The position numbers were made by a program, and so were the translations under genes. The notes below the pieces were generated by a model that did no database searches, had not been told where the DNA came from, and saw only the letters and a program-made list of their open reading frames with translations. Of a DNA stretch of 64,000 nucleotides, positions 20,417 through 28,526 are shown piece by piece; position 1 is the first letter of the stretch, and every line of letters starts with the position of its first letter. Source of the DNA: an uncultured Candidatus Saccharibacteria bacterium (GTDB taxonomy: Bacteria > Patescibacteriota > Minisyncoccia > 2-02-FULL-40-12 > GWA2-44-9). The stretch lies in NCBI GenBank assembly GCA_964356795.1, contig CAYHIK010000001.1:3111-67110 (forward strand), written 5' to 3'.

Positions 20417-20419
20417 ATA

Positions 20420-21355
20420 TTATTCCCACCGATACGCGACCTGCGCCCACGAAATCAGGGCCCGTGTATCTGCAAATCTTCCACGCGAACCAAGAACAAT
20501 CGATACAAGTGTATCATTCTTTTCGGGTAATTTCACTACAAGCACCAAACACCCGAGCGCCTCATCGGTATAGCCTGTTTTGCCACCAACGATGCCAGGA
20601 ATCTGCCCAAGAAGCTCGTTGGTACTCACTACTTCATGCACGATTTTTCCATCAGCAGACGTCACCGCAATCCGTGATTGCGCCATAATGGGCCATAACT
20701 CCGGCGCCGAATGAAGCGTATCGCGCACCAAGCGAAGCAAGTCCTGAGCGGTACAGAGCGCCGCATCATCAAGCCCTGCGGGATCTATGAACGTACAATT
20801 ATACATTCCAAGTGAGTATGCCTTGCGGTTCATCTGCGCGACGAAATCAATACCACGCTCGCCCGCATATGCCGCGAGTGCGTATGCCGCATCATTACTT
20901 GATTCAACAAGCATCATCTGCACTAAATCACGAACCATGATGCGTTCGCCAAGATAGAGCGTCTGCTTCTGACCATCGACACGAACCGATTGCGAGGCAA
21001 TTGTGACGATTTCTTGTGAGTCAAAAAGGTCGCGGACCACAAGCGCAGTGAGTAACTTCGTAAGCGATGCGATGGGCACTTGAAGATTTGCATTCTTCTC
21101 AAATAATATCCGCCCGCTATCGAGGTGCGCGAGAAGTGCCGCGTTTGCATCGGGGATTGGCTCGACAATATTTGTGTCCCTGCGCGGAGCGTATGCAGGC
21201 TCAGCGATAGGCAGGAGAAAGGCTTGCGCCGCTCGGAGCTGTGGTGTCGCACCAGAAATATACGAGTATGGCTCAGGGTCGGGCGTCTTGAAGACGATCA
21301 CAACCACGGTGAGTCCAGCCAATATGAGCATTGGAAGAATCAATACACGCCGCAT
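20420..21355 (-). CDS. D-alanyl-D-alanine carboxypeptidase (S11, PBP5/6-like)
   Basis: Signal/TM N-terminus with the ASLTK (SxxK), SSND (SxN) and KTGYT (KTG) motifs. Confidence 0.8.
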   Translation of the reverse strand: MRRVLILPMLILAGLTVVVIVFKTPDPEPYSYISGATPQLRAAQAFLLPIAEPAYAPRRDTNIVEPIPDANAALLAHLDSGRILFEKNANLQVPIASLTKLLTALVVRDLFDSQEIVTIASQSVRVDGQKQTLYLGERIMVRDLVQMMLVESSNDAAYALAAYAGERGIDFVAQMNRKAYSLGMYNCTFIDPAGLDDAALCTAQDLLRLVRDTLHSAPELWPIMAQSRIAVTSADGKIVHEVVSTNELLGQIPGIVGGKTGYTDEALGCLVLVVKLPEKNDTLVSIVLGSRGRFADTRALISWAQVAYRWE

Positions 21356-21365
21356 GGGGCAATAA

Positions 21366-22781
21366 TTACTTTTCTATCGTTACGTGCAGCTCACGCAGCT
21401 GTCGGGAAGAAATCGGAGACGGAGAATGCATCATGAGATCGCGCGCGTCTCCTGTCTTTGGAAATGCGAGCACTTCGCGAATGTTTGGCTCATTATGCAA
21501 GAGCGCAATCAAGCGATCCCATCCCCACGCGATACCACCATGCGGAGGCGCACCGTGTTCGAATGCAGTGAGCATGTGACCGAAGTTTTCATCGATGCGC
21601 GCATCCTCAAAGCCCATGATACGAAAGACCGCGCGAAGACCTTCTGCGGTGTGGTTGCGAATTGAACCGCCACCAATCTCCCACCCGTTGAGCACGATGT
21701 CGTATTGGGTTGTGAGAATTTCTCCCACTCGTTCAGCACTGAGGAGTAACGGCATATGCTCTGGCTTGGGAGCCGAGAACGGGTTGTGAGTAAACGTCCA
21801 TCCACCACCATCCTCTTCAGTTTTCTCAAAGAATGGAAAATCAATAACCCAGCAGAACGCCAAGAGATTCTGGTCGTTTTTATCTTCGCGTAAATCGGGA
21901 CGATCGGTGCCGTATTTCTCTATTGCATCCGCATAGCTGATGCGCGGGAATGGAACTTGTTGAATCTTCTTTTCAGGATAGCGCTTCGTCACCAAATCAA
22001 TCAGGAGTGCTTCATTGAGCGCCATCACATCTTCTCGGTTCACAAAGCTCATCTCCATATCGAGCTGTGTAAATTCGGGCTGACGGTCACCGCGCGTGTC
22101 TTCATCGCGGAAGCATCGAGCAAATTGGAAATAGCGCTCCATACCAGCCACCATGAGGAGTTGCTTGTACTGCTGTGGCGACTGAGGAAGCGCATAAAAT
22201 GAGCCCGCGTAGAGACGACTTGGCACCACGTAGTCACGCGCGCCTTCGGGAGTGCTCTTAGTGAGCATAGGCGTCTCAATTTCGATAAACTCATGGGCGT
22301 CGAGCCAATTTCGTACAAATAATTGCCCATCGTGACGCGCCTGCATGTTGCGTGCAAGCCGTGGGCGTCGCAAGTCGAGGTAGCGCCACTCATGGCGAGT
22401 GTCTTCTCCAATCTCGTATCCATCGGTGTCGAGTGGCATCGGAGGAGTTGCCGACATGTTGAGCACTTCGAGCTCGTGCGGCTCGAGTTCGATAGAGCCA
22501 GTTTCGATTTCTGAATTTCGCATCTTCTCGGGACGCTCTTTGATGAGCCCCTTAATGCGCACCACCCATTCACTACGCAGTGTCTGCGCTACCTCGTAGC
22601 AGTCGGGCGTAAACGGACCGAATACCACCTGAATTACTCCGGTGCGGTCACGTAAATCAACGAATACAAGCTTGCCGTGGTCGCGACGATTCGCAACCCA
22701 CCCAAAAAGTTCCACCTCGCTCCCCGCCATGTCCTTGGTCTTGATAATAGATAATTCCTTCATGCCCTCGCATCGTATCAT
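21366..22781 (-). CDS. aspS: aspartate--tRNA ligase (class II, short archaeal/CPR-type; could be non-discriminating)
   Basis: OB anticodon-binding N-terminus (ELFGWVANRRDHGKLVFVDLRDRTG), plus class II motifs FRDEDTRGDRQPEFTQLD and GGSIRNH. 471 aa. Confidence 0.65.
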   Translation of the reverse strand: MIRCEGMKELSIIKTKDMAGSEVELFGWVANRRDHGKLVFVDLRDRTGVIQVVFGPFTPDCYEVAQTLRSEWVVRIKGLIKERPEKMRNSEIETGSIELEPHELEVLNMSATPPMPLDTDGYEIGEDTRHEWRYLDLRRPRLARNMQARHDGQLFVRNWLDAHEFIEIETPMLTKSTPEGARDYVVPSRLYAGSFYALPQSPQQYKQLLMVAGMERYFQFARCFRDEDTRGDRQPEFTQLDMEMSFVNREDVMALNEALLIDLVTKRYPEKKIQQVPFPRISYADAIEKYGTDRPDLREDKNDQNLLAFCWVIDFPFFEKTEEDGGGWTFTHNPFSAPKPEHMPLLLSAERVGEILTTQYDIVLNGWEIGGGSIRNHTAEGLRAVFRIMGFEDARIDENFGHMLTAFEHGAPPHGGIAWGWDRLIALLHNEPNIREVLAFPKTGDARDLMMHSPSPISSRQLRELHVTIEK

Positions 22782-22800
22782 ACGATTTGACGGGTCGCAA

Positions 22801-22829
22801 TTGAAAATGTTTAGTTTTTAGGGTATGAT
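22801..22829 (+). promoter_or_regulatory. sigma70-like promoter for tRNA-Lys (TTGAAA-N17-TATGAT)
   Basis: TTGAAA at 22801-22806, a 17-nt spacer, TATGAT at 22824-22829, then 12 nt to the mature tRNA 5' end. Confidence 0.5.
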
Positions 22830-22841
22830 ATGCGAGCAAAA

Positions 22842-22914
22842 CCGCCCTTAGCTCAGTTGGTAGAGCTGCTCCCTTTTAAGGAGAAGGTCGCTGGTTCGAA
22901 TCCAGCAGGGCGGA
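22842..22914 (+). tRNA. tRNA-Lys (anticodon UUU)
   Basis: Cloverleaf worked out by hand. Acceptor CCGCCCT/AGGGCGG, D-arm GCTC-AGTTGGTA-GAGC, anticodon arm GCTCC-CTTTTAA-GGAGA with U33 and A37, T-arm GCTGG-TTCGAAT-CCAGC, discriminator A. No encoded CCA. Confidence 0.85.
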
Positions 22915-23092
22915 CTATGAATCAACGGCTAATGCCCCTGCGACATTAGCCGTTGATTTTATGATTCATCCTGCTGGATTCGAAGCCCGGAGCGATGTGG
23001 CCGCACCAGCGGACACCGTGAGGGCCGGAACCCGGAGGCATTGATTCGCGACGGCGAATCAATGACCGGAGGGTGAATCCAGCAGGGCGGAC
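22898..23092. repeat. triplicated tRNA 3'-end segment: direct copies 22898-22915 and 23075-23092 (gaatccagcagggcggac), inverted copy 22967-22985
   Basis: Exact 18-bp direct repeat of the tRNA T-arm/acceptor 3' sequence 177 bp downstream, plus a 14/19 inverted copy. This is an att-site-like architecture. Confidence 0.6.
22921..22961 (+). terminator. rho-independent terminator after tRNA-Lys
   Basis: 14-bp perfect stem atcaacggctaatg / cattagccgttgat with a 9-nt loop, followed by TTTT. Confidence 0.6.
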
Positions 23093-23162
23093 AGACATTG
23101 ACATGCGAGCCTTTCTTGTGCATGATTAAGTGTGCTCGAGATATTTTTTTTGGAGGTAGCCT

Positions 23163-23381
23163 ATGAGCGCTCGGTCCCTCGAAAGGATCCAGGAAAAGCT
23201 GTGTCGCAACGATGCGGAGATACGCGCCCTTCAGGAGAAGAGGGAGCAGCTCCTAAAAGAGCTAAAGGCAGCGTGTAGCCATCCAAAGAACAGACGCCTC
23301 CAAACAGGCACCGGTGAGGTATGCGGCGTCTGCACTAAAGTCCTTGAGTGCTATCTGCCACACATCGGAAACCACATTTAG
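23163..23381 (+). CDS. small hypothetical protein (72 aa), coiled-coil N-terminus, C-terminal CGVC...C motif
   Basis: GGAGGT SD 6 nt before the ATG. A TTGACA -35 box lies at 23098-23103, directly after the tRNA-end repeat. The gene has its own hairpin terminator at 23389-23416. Confidence 0.5.
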   Translation: MSARSLERIQEKLCRNDAEIRALQEKREQLLKELKAACSHPKNRRLQTGTGEVCGVCTKVLECYLPHIGNHI

Positions 23382-23523
23382 AATCCTAGCCGACCACATG
23401 GTCGGCCTTTCCTTTGCTCTCTTATACTCATGTCTTAATGACAAATTTCGGAAGCCCGAGCTCATTGACTTTATACAATTATTATGTTATACTTAATATA
23501 GACGTTTTTCAAAGGAGGATGCC

Positions 23524-23835
23524 GTGAATATCGCAGGTATCGACAAGGCGATCGTATTGGCCGCGTTGTACAATCGCGCCCGTACCATCGGACTGGCGGG
23601 CATGATGGACTTCGACCCCACCCCACTGGACGTGCTGGTGGCGAGGAAGATCATCAAGGAACGGCGCGGTGCCAACCCACTGTACTTCGACTACTTCCAG
23701 GGGCGTTGCATGAAGATCGATCTCTCGAGAGATGAGGTCGACACCACGCTCTTCGACAACGAGTATGGCCCGGGTGCCGCCCAGCGAGCCCTCGACGCGG
23801 CATCTGCTGTCGATGCGGACATGAAGAAGAAGTAG
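23524..23835 (+). CDS. small hypothetical protein (103 aa)
   Basis: GTG start with an AAAGGAGG SD 5 nt upstream. Terminator hairpin at 23847-23884. Confidence 0.45.
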   Translation: MNIAGIDKAIVLAALYNRARTIGLAGMMDFDPTPLDVLVARKIIKERRGANPLYFDYFQGRCMKIDLSRDEVDTTLFDNEYGPGAAQRALDAASAVDADMKKK

Positions 23836-23969
23836 AAACCCCAAACGAACCCCACGCCAAACGGTATGGGGTTCAATCTTTTTAATAAAACCTCCCGAAA
23901 CTTGATTATTATCAATAAATATTGTACAGTATTTATGTCGTTTCATAGCGCAGTTAGGAGCGAGTAATT

Positions 23970-24230
23970 ATGCGCATTGAGATTCATGACTATACGCACA
24001 TCTTCGATAGCTTAACACTCAGGCGTCCGCCGACACACACACCCCTACTTCACTCTTGGGGTGTGGACGACAGTGGATATCCACGCGTCGTTGATATCCC
24101 AGGAGCGGATGTACTCCGAATCGAACGGGCATTTGCAGAATTCAAATGGGCACAGGAACGACTTCGAGGACTCAATCGTGGCCCCGAGCCAAATTCCTGC
24201 CAATGCGGAAACTGCCCAGGGAGTAGCTAG
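23970..24230 (+). CDS. small hypothetical protein (86 aa) with C-terminal CQCGNCPG motif
   Basis: AGGAG SD upstream. Followed by the hairpin agtcgcatt-ccgt-aatgcgact and T5 at 24254-24280. Confidence 0.45.
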   Translation: MRIEIHDYTHIFDSLTLRRPPTHTPLLHSWGVDDSGYPRVVDIPGADVLRIERAFAEFKWAQERLRGLNRGPEPNSCQCGNCPGSS

Positions 24231-24286
24231 GTCGTGGTCATCAAAGTCGCATTCCGTAATGCGACTTTTTCTATCACAACAATCAC

Positions 24287-25936
24287 CTACGACTTCCCGA
24301 GCGCTTTTGCGATGAGCGCGCGAAGCTCTTCATCGCTGGTAGTGCGGAATGATGCGCCCGTTGCTGTGGGGCGACTTGGCTTCTGTTCAAACTCTTCAGC
24401 ATCTGGCTTGTGTTCTATTTTCCTCCCCTTAAAGTCGACTGCTCCTTGCAATAGATTTCCCAGCGAAGCGGGAGGGCGCACCTCGGAAGCTTGTTGTTGT
24501 GGGCGCGACTGTTGCGGACGAGGCTGCTGCGGACGCGCCACTGATTGCGATGGGAATTGACCACGAGCGGGGCGCGGTGATGCTGGCCCATCATCTCGGC
24601 GGGGCGGACGCTCGCGAGCATCATCGCGAGGCGCGTAGCCCGCAGGCACGATTGGTGCGCGCCATGCTGATATGGCAGCTTCGACTTCTGCGCGCGGATG
24701 CGCGTACATCGTGCGCGAGTATTCGATAACCTCATTGCGCGTGCTCTGCGCGAGCTTTGCGGGCGTATCCATGGTCATCGCTGAAAACGCATGACTCGTG
24801 ACACCATCAATCATCAGCTTCAGATAAATCTGACGGAACCCAAGGTTCACAATATCAGTCGCCATAAACTCTGGCGCAAACTCTTTTTCCAAAAATTCGG
24901 CGTCTTCAGCTCCAACACGGAATGAAATAATCGTGCCCACGTTTCCAAATGCCGCTTCGGCAACCTTTTCGTCTAACTGCTTGATATATTGATGCCCAAC
25001 GATAAGGGATAGGTTGAATTTACGCGCTTCGGAAAGAATATTCGCAAACGAAGCCGTCGCAAAGTTTTGGAACTCATCAACGATAAGACAGAAGTCTGCG
25101 CGCTCATGCTTGGGAATATCAACGCGACTCATTGCGGCAAGCTGAACCTTGGTGATAATCATGGCCCCCAGCAAGCGCGATGCGTCCTCCCCAATGCGGC
25201 CCTTGGAAATATCGACAAGAATAATCTTCCGCTGGTCCATCGCCTCTCGCATGTTGAACGTGGATTTCGACTGGCCTACCAGGTTACGAATCAACGAGTT
25301 TGAAACGAATTGTCCGACCTTGTTCTGAATTGCTGCCGTCGCTTCACTCGCGAACTTATCAGTGTACTTTGCAAACTCCTGCGTCCAGAATGCCTTCACC
25401 TCGCTATCGGTCACCTGGTCAACAACGGTCTTCCGGTAGTCCTTTTCTGCCAACATGCGGTTGATGCCGAGCAACGTTGAGCCAGGCGCCTCCAAGAGTG
25501 CGAGGATAGTGTTGTTGAGAATGTACTCCATACGTGCCGACCATGCGTCTTCCCAAATCTTCTTGAACACCGCCATCATACCGTCCGCCACGAGGTGACG
25601 CTGATCAAATCCGACCTGTTCCATCACATTGAACCCAACAGGAAACTGCATATCTGCTGGGTTGATGAAGATCACATCTTTGACGCGCTCGGGTGGGATA
25701 TAGTCGAGGAGATCGAACACCGCATCTCCGTGGGGGTCCATAAAGCAGAGTCCACGACCGTCCTGAATATCCTGAATCGCAAGCGTCTTGAGAAGTTCGG
25801 ACTTGCCCATGCCCGATTTGCCAACCACGTACATGTGGCGGCGACGGTCATCGAGCTTGATGCCGAAATGCGTAACAGAATTTCGAAACTCTGTGTTTCC
25901 AAACAGTACTACATCATTGTCAGAATTGGCGTTCAT
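24287..25936 (-). CDS. VirD4/TraD/TraG-like type IV secretion coupling-protein NTPase (T4SS-DNA_transf domain), no TM segments; P/R/Q-rich C-terminal tail
   Basis: Walker A GKSGMGKS and Walker B LIVDEFQNF in a TrwB/TraD-type ATPase core. The low-complexity tail is RPQQPRPQQSRPQQQ. Confidence 0.65.
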   Translation of the reverse strand: MNANSDNDVVLFGNTEFRNSVTHFGIKLDDRRRHMYVVGKSGMGKSELLKTLAIQDIQDGRGLCFMDPHGDAVFDLLDYIPPERVKDVIFINPADMQFPVGFNVMEQVGFDQRHLVADGMMAVFKKIWEDAWSARMEYILNNTILALLEAPGSTLLGINRMLAEKDYRKTVVDQVTDSEVKAFWTQEFAKYTDKFASEATAAIQNKVGQFVSNSLIRNLVGQSKSTFNMREAMDQRKIILVDISKGRIGEDASRLLGAMIITKVQLAAMSRVDIPKHERADFCLIVDEFQNFATASFANILSEARKFNLSLIVGHQYIKQLDEKVAEAAFGNVGTIISFRVGAEDAEFLEKEFAPEFMATDIVNLGFRQIYLKLMIDGVTSHAFSAMTMDTPAKLAQSTRNEVIEYSRTMYAHPRAEVEAAISAWRAPIVPAGYAPRDDARERPPRRDDGPASPRPARGQFPSQSVARPQQPRPQQSRPQQQASEVRPPASLGNLLQGAVDFKGRKIEHKPDAEEFEQKPSRPTATGASFRTTSDEELRALIAKALGKS

Positions 25937-25939
25937 AGA

Positions 25940-27268
25940 TTAGCGAGTAGGAAGCATCGTGGGTGGCTGACCCTTCTTCGACTGTACGCGTGGAAGAAGT
26001 GGAGCTTTTACATTAAGGCCTGGCATGTGCCACAACGTGGCGAGCTCTTCAACATTGAGGATGAGTGGGAAATCTTTCGGATTTTTTGACGGCTTGGCGA
26101 ACGCGCGCTTTCGATACGAGCCGTACATACCCTTCTTCTTTTTCAGCGTCCCCTCATCGGCACCAAATCCTTTGTCATTCGGGAAGAGCCAGGGGAATGT
26201 GCCCTTGTCCTTAGTGCCCGCTCCCGGCTTGAAGGTGTTCATGTTGTTGTAGAACAACTGCTTAAACATTGCGGTAATACTGGATGGACGCGCGCCATTG
26301 AATGCGTCTTTGCGAGCCACATACAGTACGCGAAGCGTTGTCTTGAATGCAACCAGCGAAAGCTTTCGCTGTATGCCTTCGAGCGCAAGCTTGTCTGCAG
26401 GCGTGAGATTCCCCATCGTGAATGGTTTCTCTTCTTTCTTTTTCTCCTCCGCAGGTGTAATCAAGCCGAACTCTGTGGCGAGAAACCCAAGAAGGGTGAA
26501 TGGAGCAAGCGCAATCGTCTGCACGAGCGGAGCTTCTGGCTTCTTGGGCTCCTTGCCAATCATCTTATCGACAACCGCTTGACCGTCTTTCACCCAATCG
26601 CCACCGGTGGGGCGGAAGATGTACTGCAACCACAAATACTCCCCAGGTCGAAGGGCGCTCATCATTTCAAGCAGTGGCGCGAGTGGATCAAGTCGAGCGT
26701 ACTCATCCTTACCTCCCGCGTCTTCAAATTCAGTCCAACTCCTGATGGGGTATGCGGGTGGCTGGGAGCCGACGAACTCGGTGCCCGACACATCGTATTG
26801 CGTTGAATCAAACTCATCGGGCAAAAGCGAGATGTAATCACCCGTCATCTTAATCTCGGCTTGCGGGTATTGCGCGAACAGAAGCGCCTCAACGGTATTC
26901 CGCTGACCCTCAGTGCATCGAATATAGAAATGAGTCTCTCCCCCATGCGAGACAATCTCGAGCGAGAACCAATCCGGGACTTTGCCCACAAAATATTGAT
27001 CCTTCCACTTAATACCTCCACCGTAGCTCGCATGAAGCCCGGCAAAAAAGTTTTGCGCTGCCATCGGACTGCTATAGAGAATCTCAGGCGGTGGAACAAT
27101 CTCGAGCACCACCCATTTCATACCAGCAAGATACGCGTCTTTGAGGTAATCAAGCCAGAGTGAACGAGCAACCGCTCCAAGAATCAGCGGGAACCACACC
27201 CACCAAAACTCAAACGCGAGCAAAAAGCCCTGTCGTAATACGCTGAGAATTGACGTCGCATCATACAT
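25940..27268 (-). CDS. membrane protein genetically coupled to the VirD4-like ATPase (possible split N-terminal membrane module of coupling protein)
   Basis: Two N-terminal TM helices, then a 400 aa soluble domain with a Lys-rich tail. Its stop lies 4 nt from the ATPase start, so the two are translationally coupled. Confidence 0.45.
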   Translation of the reverse strand: MYDATSILSVLRQGFLLAFEFWWVWFPLILGAVARSLWLDYLKDAYLAGMKWVVLEIVPPPEILYSSPMAAQNFFAGLHASYGGGIKWKDQYFVGKVPDWFSLEIVSHGGETHFYIRCTEGQRNTVEALLFAQYPQAEIKMTGDYISLLPDEFDSTQYDVSGTEFVGSQPPAYPIRSWTEFEDAGGKDEYARLDPLAPLLEMMSALRPGEYLWLQYIFRPTGGDWVKDGQAVVDKMIGKEPKKPEAPLVQTIALAPFTLLGFLATEFGLITPAEEKKKEEKPFTMGNLTPADKLALEGIQRKLSLVAFKTTLRVLYVARKDAFNGARPSSITAMFKQLFYNNMNTFKPGAGTKDKGTFPWLFPNDKGFGADEGTLKKKKGMYGSYRKRAFAKPSKNPKDFPLILNVEELATLWHMPGLNVKAPLLPRVQSKKGQPPTMLPTR

Positions 27269-27359
27269 AGTCTCTTGATAAAGTATACCACATTACGCGC
27301 AAAGGCCCCGTGTATACGGAGCCTTTGCGAACCCGCCGGATTTCTCCCGGACATGTTTT

Positions 27360-28421
27360 CTATTTCTTGCGAAGATGGAAGTGGCCGTTTTCGTCTTTCA
27401 CGAATGTGCCAGAATCCTGGAGATTCAATAGAATCGTATTCTCCTTTACCAAGCGTACCGAGCTCACGCGAGCAACCAACTCCACGCGTGGCAATGGCTT
27501 GCCATGTGAGCGAAGGATATCTACTAGCACATCTTTGACGGTGCCCGATTTATATCCCCACTCGGAGAGCGCATACATACCGCGGCCAACGAGCACAAAT
27601 CGCTTGTCCTTGATGAGCTCATTGTGCACGGTCTGCACGTTCACCTTCTTTGCATCAAATTTTGCCACGTTGATAAGCTTCGCAATCTGGCTGAAGTGCT
27701 GAGGCTTTTCTGCCTGCTTGATCACCAAATACGCCTTATCGCGAACACCCTTGGGACGAATCTGGCTCCAGTGGGTCAATCCCATCTGGCCAAAAATATT
27801 GCATCCGAGGTCCTTGCAAATAGCAGAAATCGTTGCGAGGTGCTTATCGGTAAACTTTGAACCATCGAGTGCGGATACATTATTTTTCGTCGCAAGCTCA
27901 ATGACCTGGCCCACGGGAATAACCGAATTATGAGACTGAAGGGCGGACGTGAGCGCCGCAACCTGCGCGCGGAACGCATCGAGGGTCGCGCGGCTACGCG
28001 TCCAAAACGCGTGGTAGTGGTCGTTGTCCGCCATACGAATCAATTCAGTGTCGAGTGTAAGTGCAAAAATAAGAGAGGCATTGGCGACGGTGTCCTTGTC
28101 GTTTCCTGACACCATTTTGAACAATGCTCGCTCACGAACAACCCCACCCTCCCGAGCAATCAAATCCTTCATACTTGATGTAAATCGAGTCAATTCACGA
28201 ATATCTGAAGCATGCTTTGCGAGCTGAGCAAGCGCGAACTCTTCAATCTGTCGAACGCGTTCACGAGTGATTCCGTACCCCTTACCGATGGATTCGAGCG
28301 TTTCCTTGGTGCCTGTCTTCAAACCAAAGCGCCGTGAGACGATATCACGGTTACGCGGATTGAGCGTTTTGACCAACTGTGCGACTGACTTGGTCAGGGT
28401 TTTTACATCGATAGTTGCCAT
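27360..28421 (-). CDS. sigma-70 region-4-like HTH domain protein
   Basis: N-terminal ...GITRERVRQIEEFALAQL, the sigma r4 HTH signature, followed by a ~300 aa domain of unknown function. Likely ATG at 28421; the track ORF starts at TTG 28487. Confidence 0.45.
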   Translation of the reverse strand: MATIDVKTLTKSVAQLVKTLNPRNRDIVSRRFGLKTGTKETLESIGKGYGITRERVRQIEEFALAQLAKHASDIRELTRFTSSMKDLIAREGGVVRERALFKMVSGNDKDTVANASLIFALTLDTELIRMADNDHYHAFWTRSRATLDAFRAQVAALTSALQSHNSVIPVGQVIELATKNNVSALDGSKFTDKHLATISAICKDLGCNIFGQMGLTHWSQIRPKGVRDKAYLVIKQAEKPQHFSQIAKLINVAKFDAKKVNVQTVHNELIKDKRFVLVGRGMYALSEWGYKSGTVKDVLVDILRSHGKPLPRVELVARVSSVRLVKENTILLNLQDSGTFVKDENGHFHLRKK

Positions 28422-28526
28422 ACGTTTGCATCTGTTATCTAAAGCAATGCCGTCCTCTCGGGGCAGCACGCCTACATACAGTAGCAATTATTATTAAACT
28501 CGTCAAGCCCTCCCGCCAGACACTCC

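Noticed and set aside
22898-23092. CRISPR-like repeat array
   Set aside because: There are only two direct copies and one inverted copy of an 18-bp tRNA-derived sequence. The spacing is irregular and there are no cas genes. This is an att-type repeat, not CRISPR.
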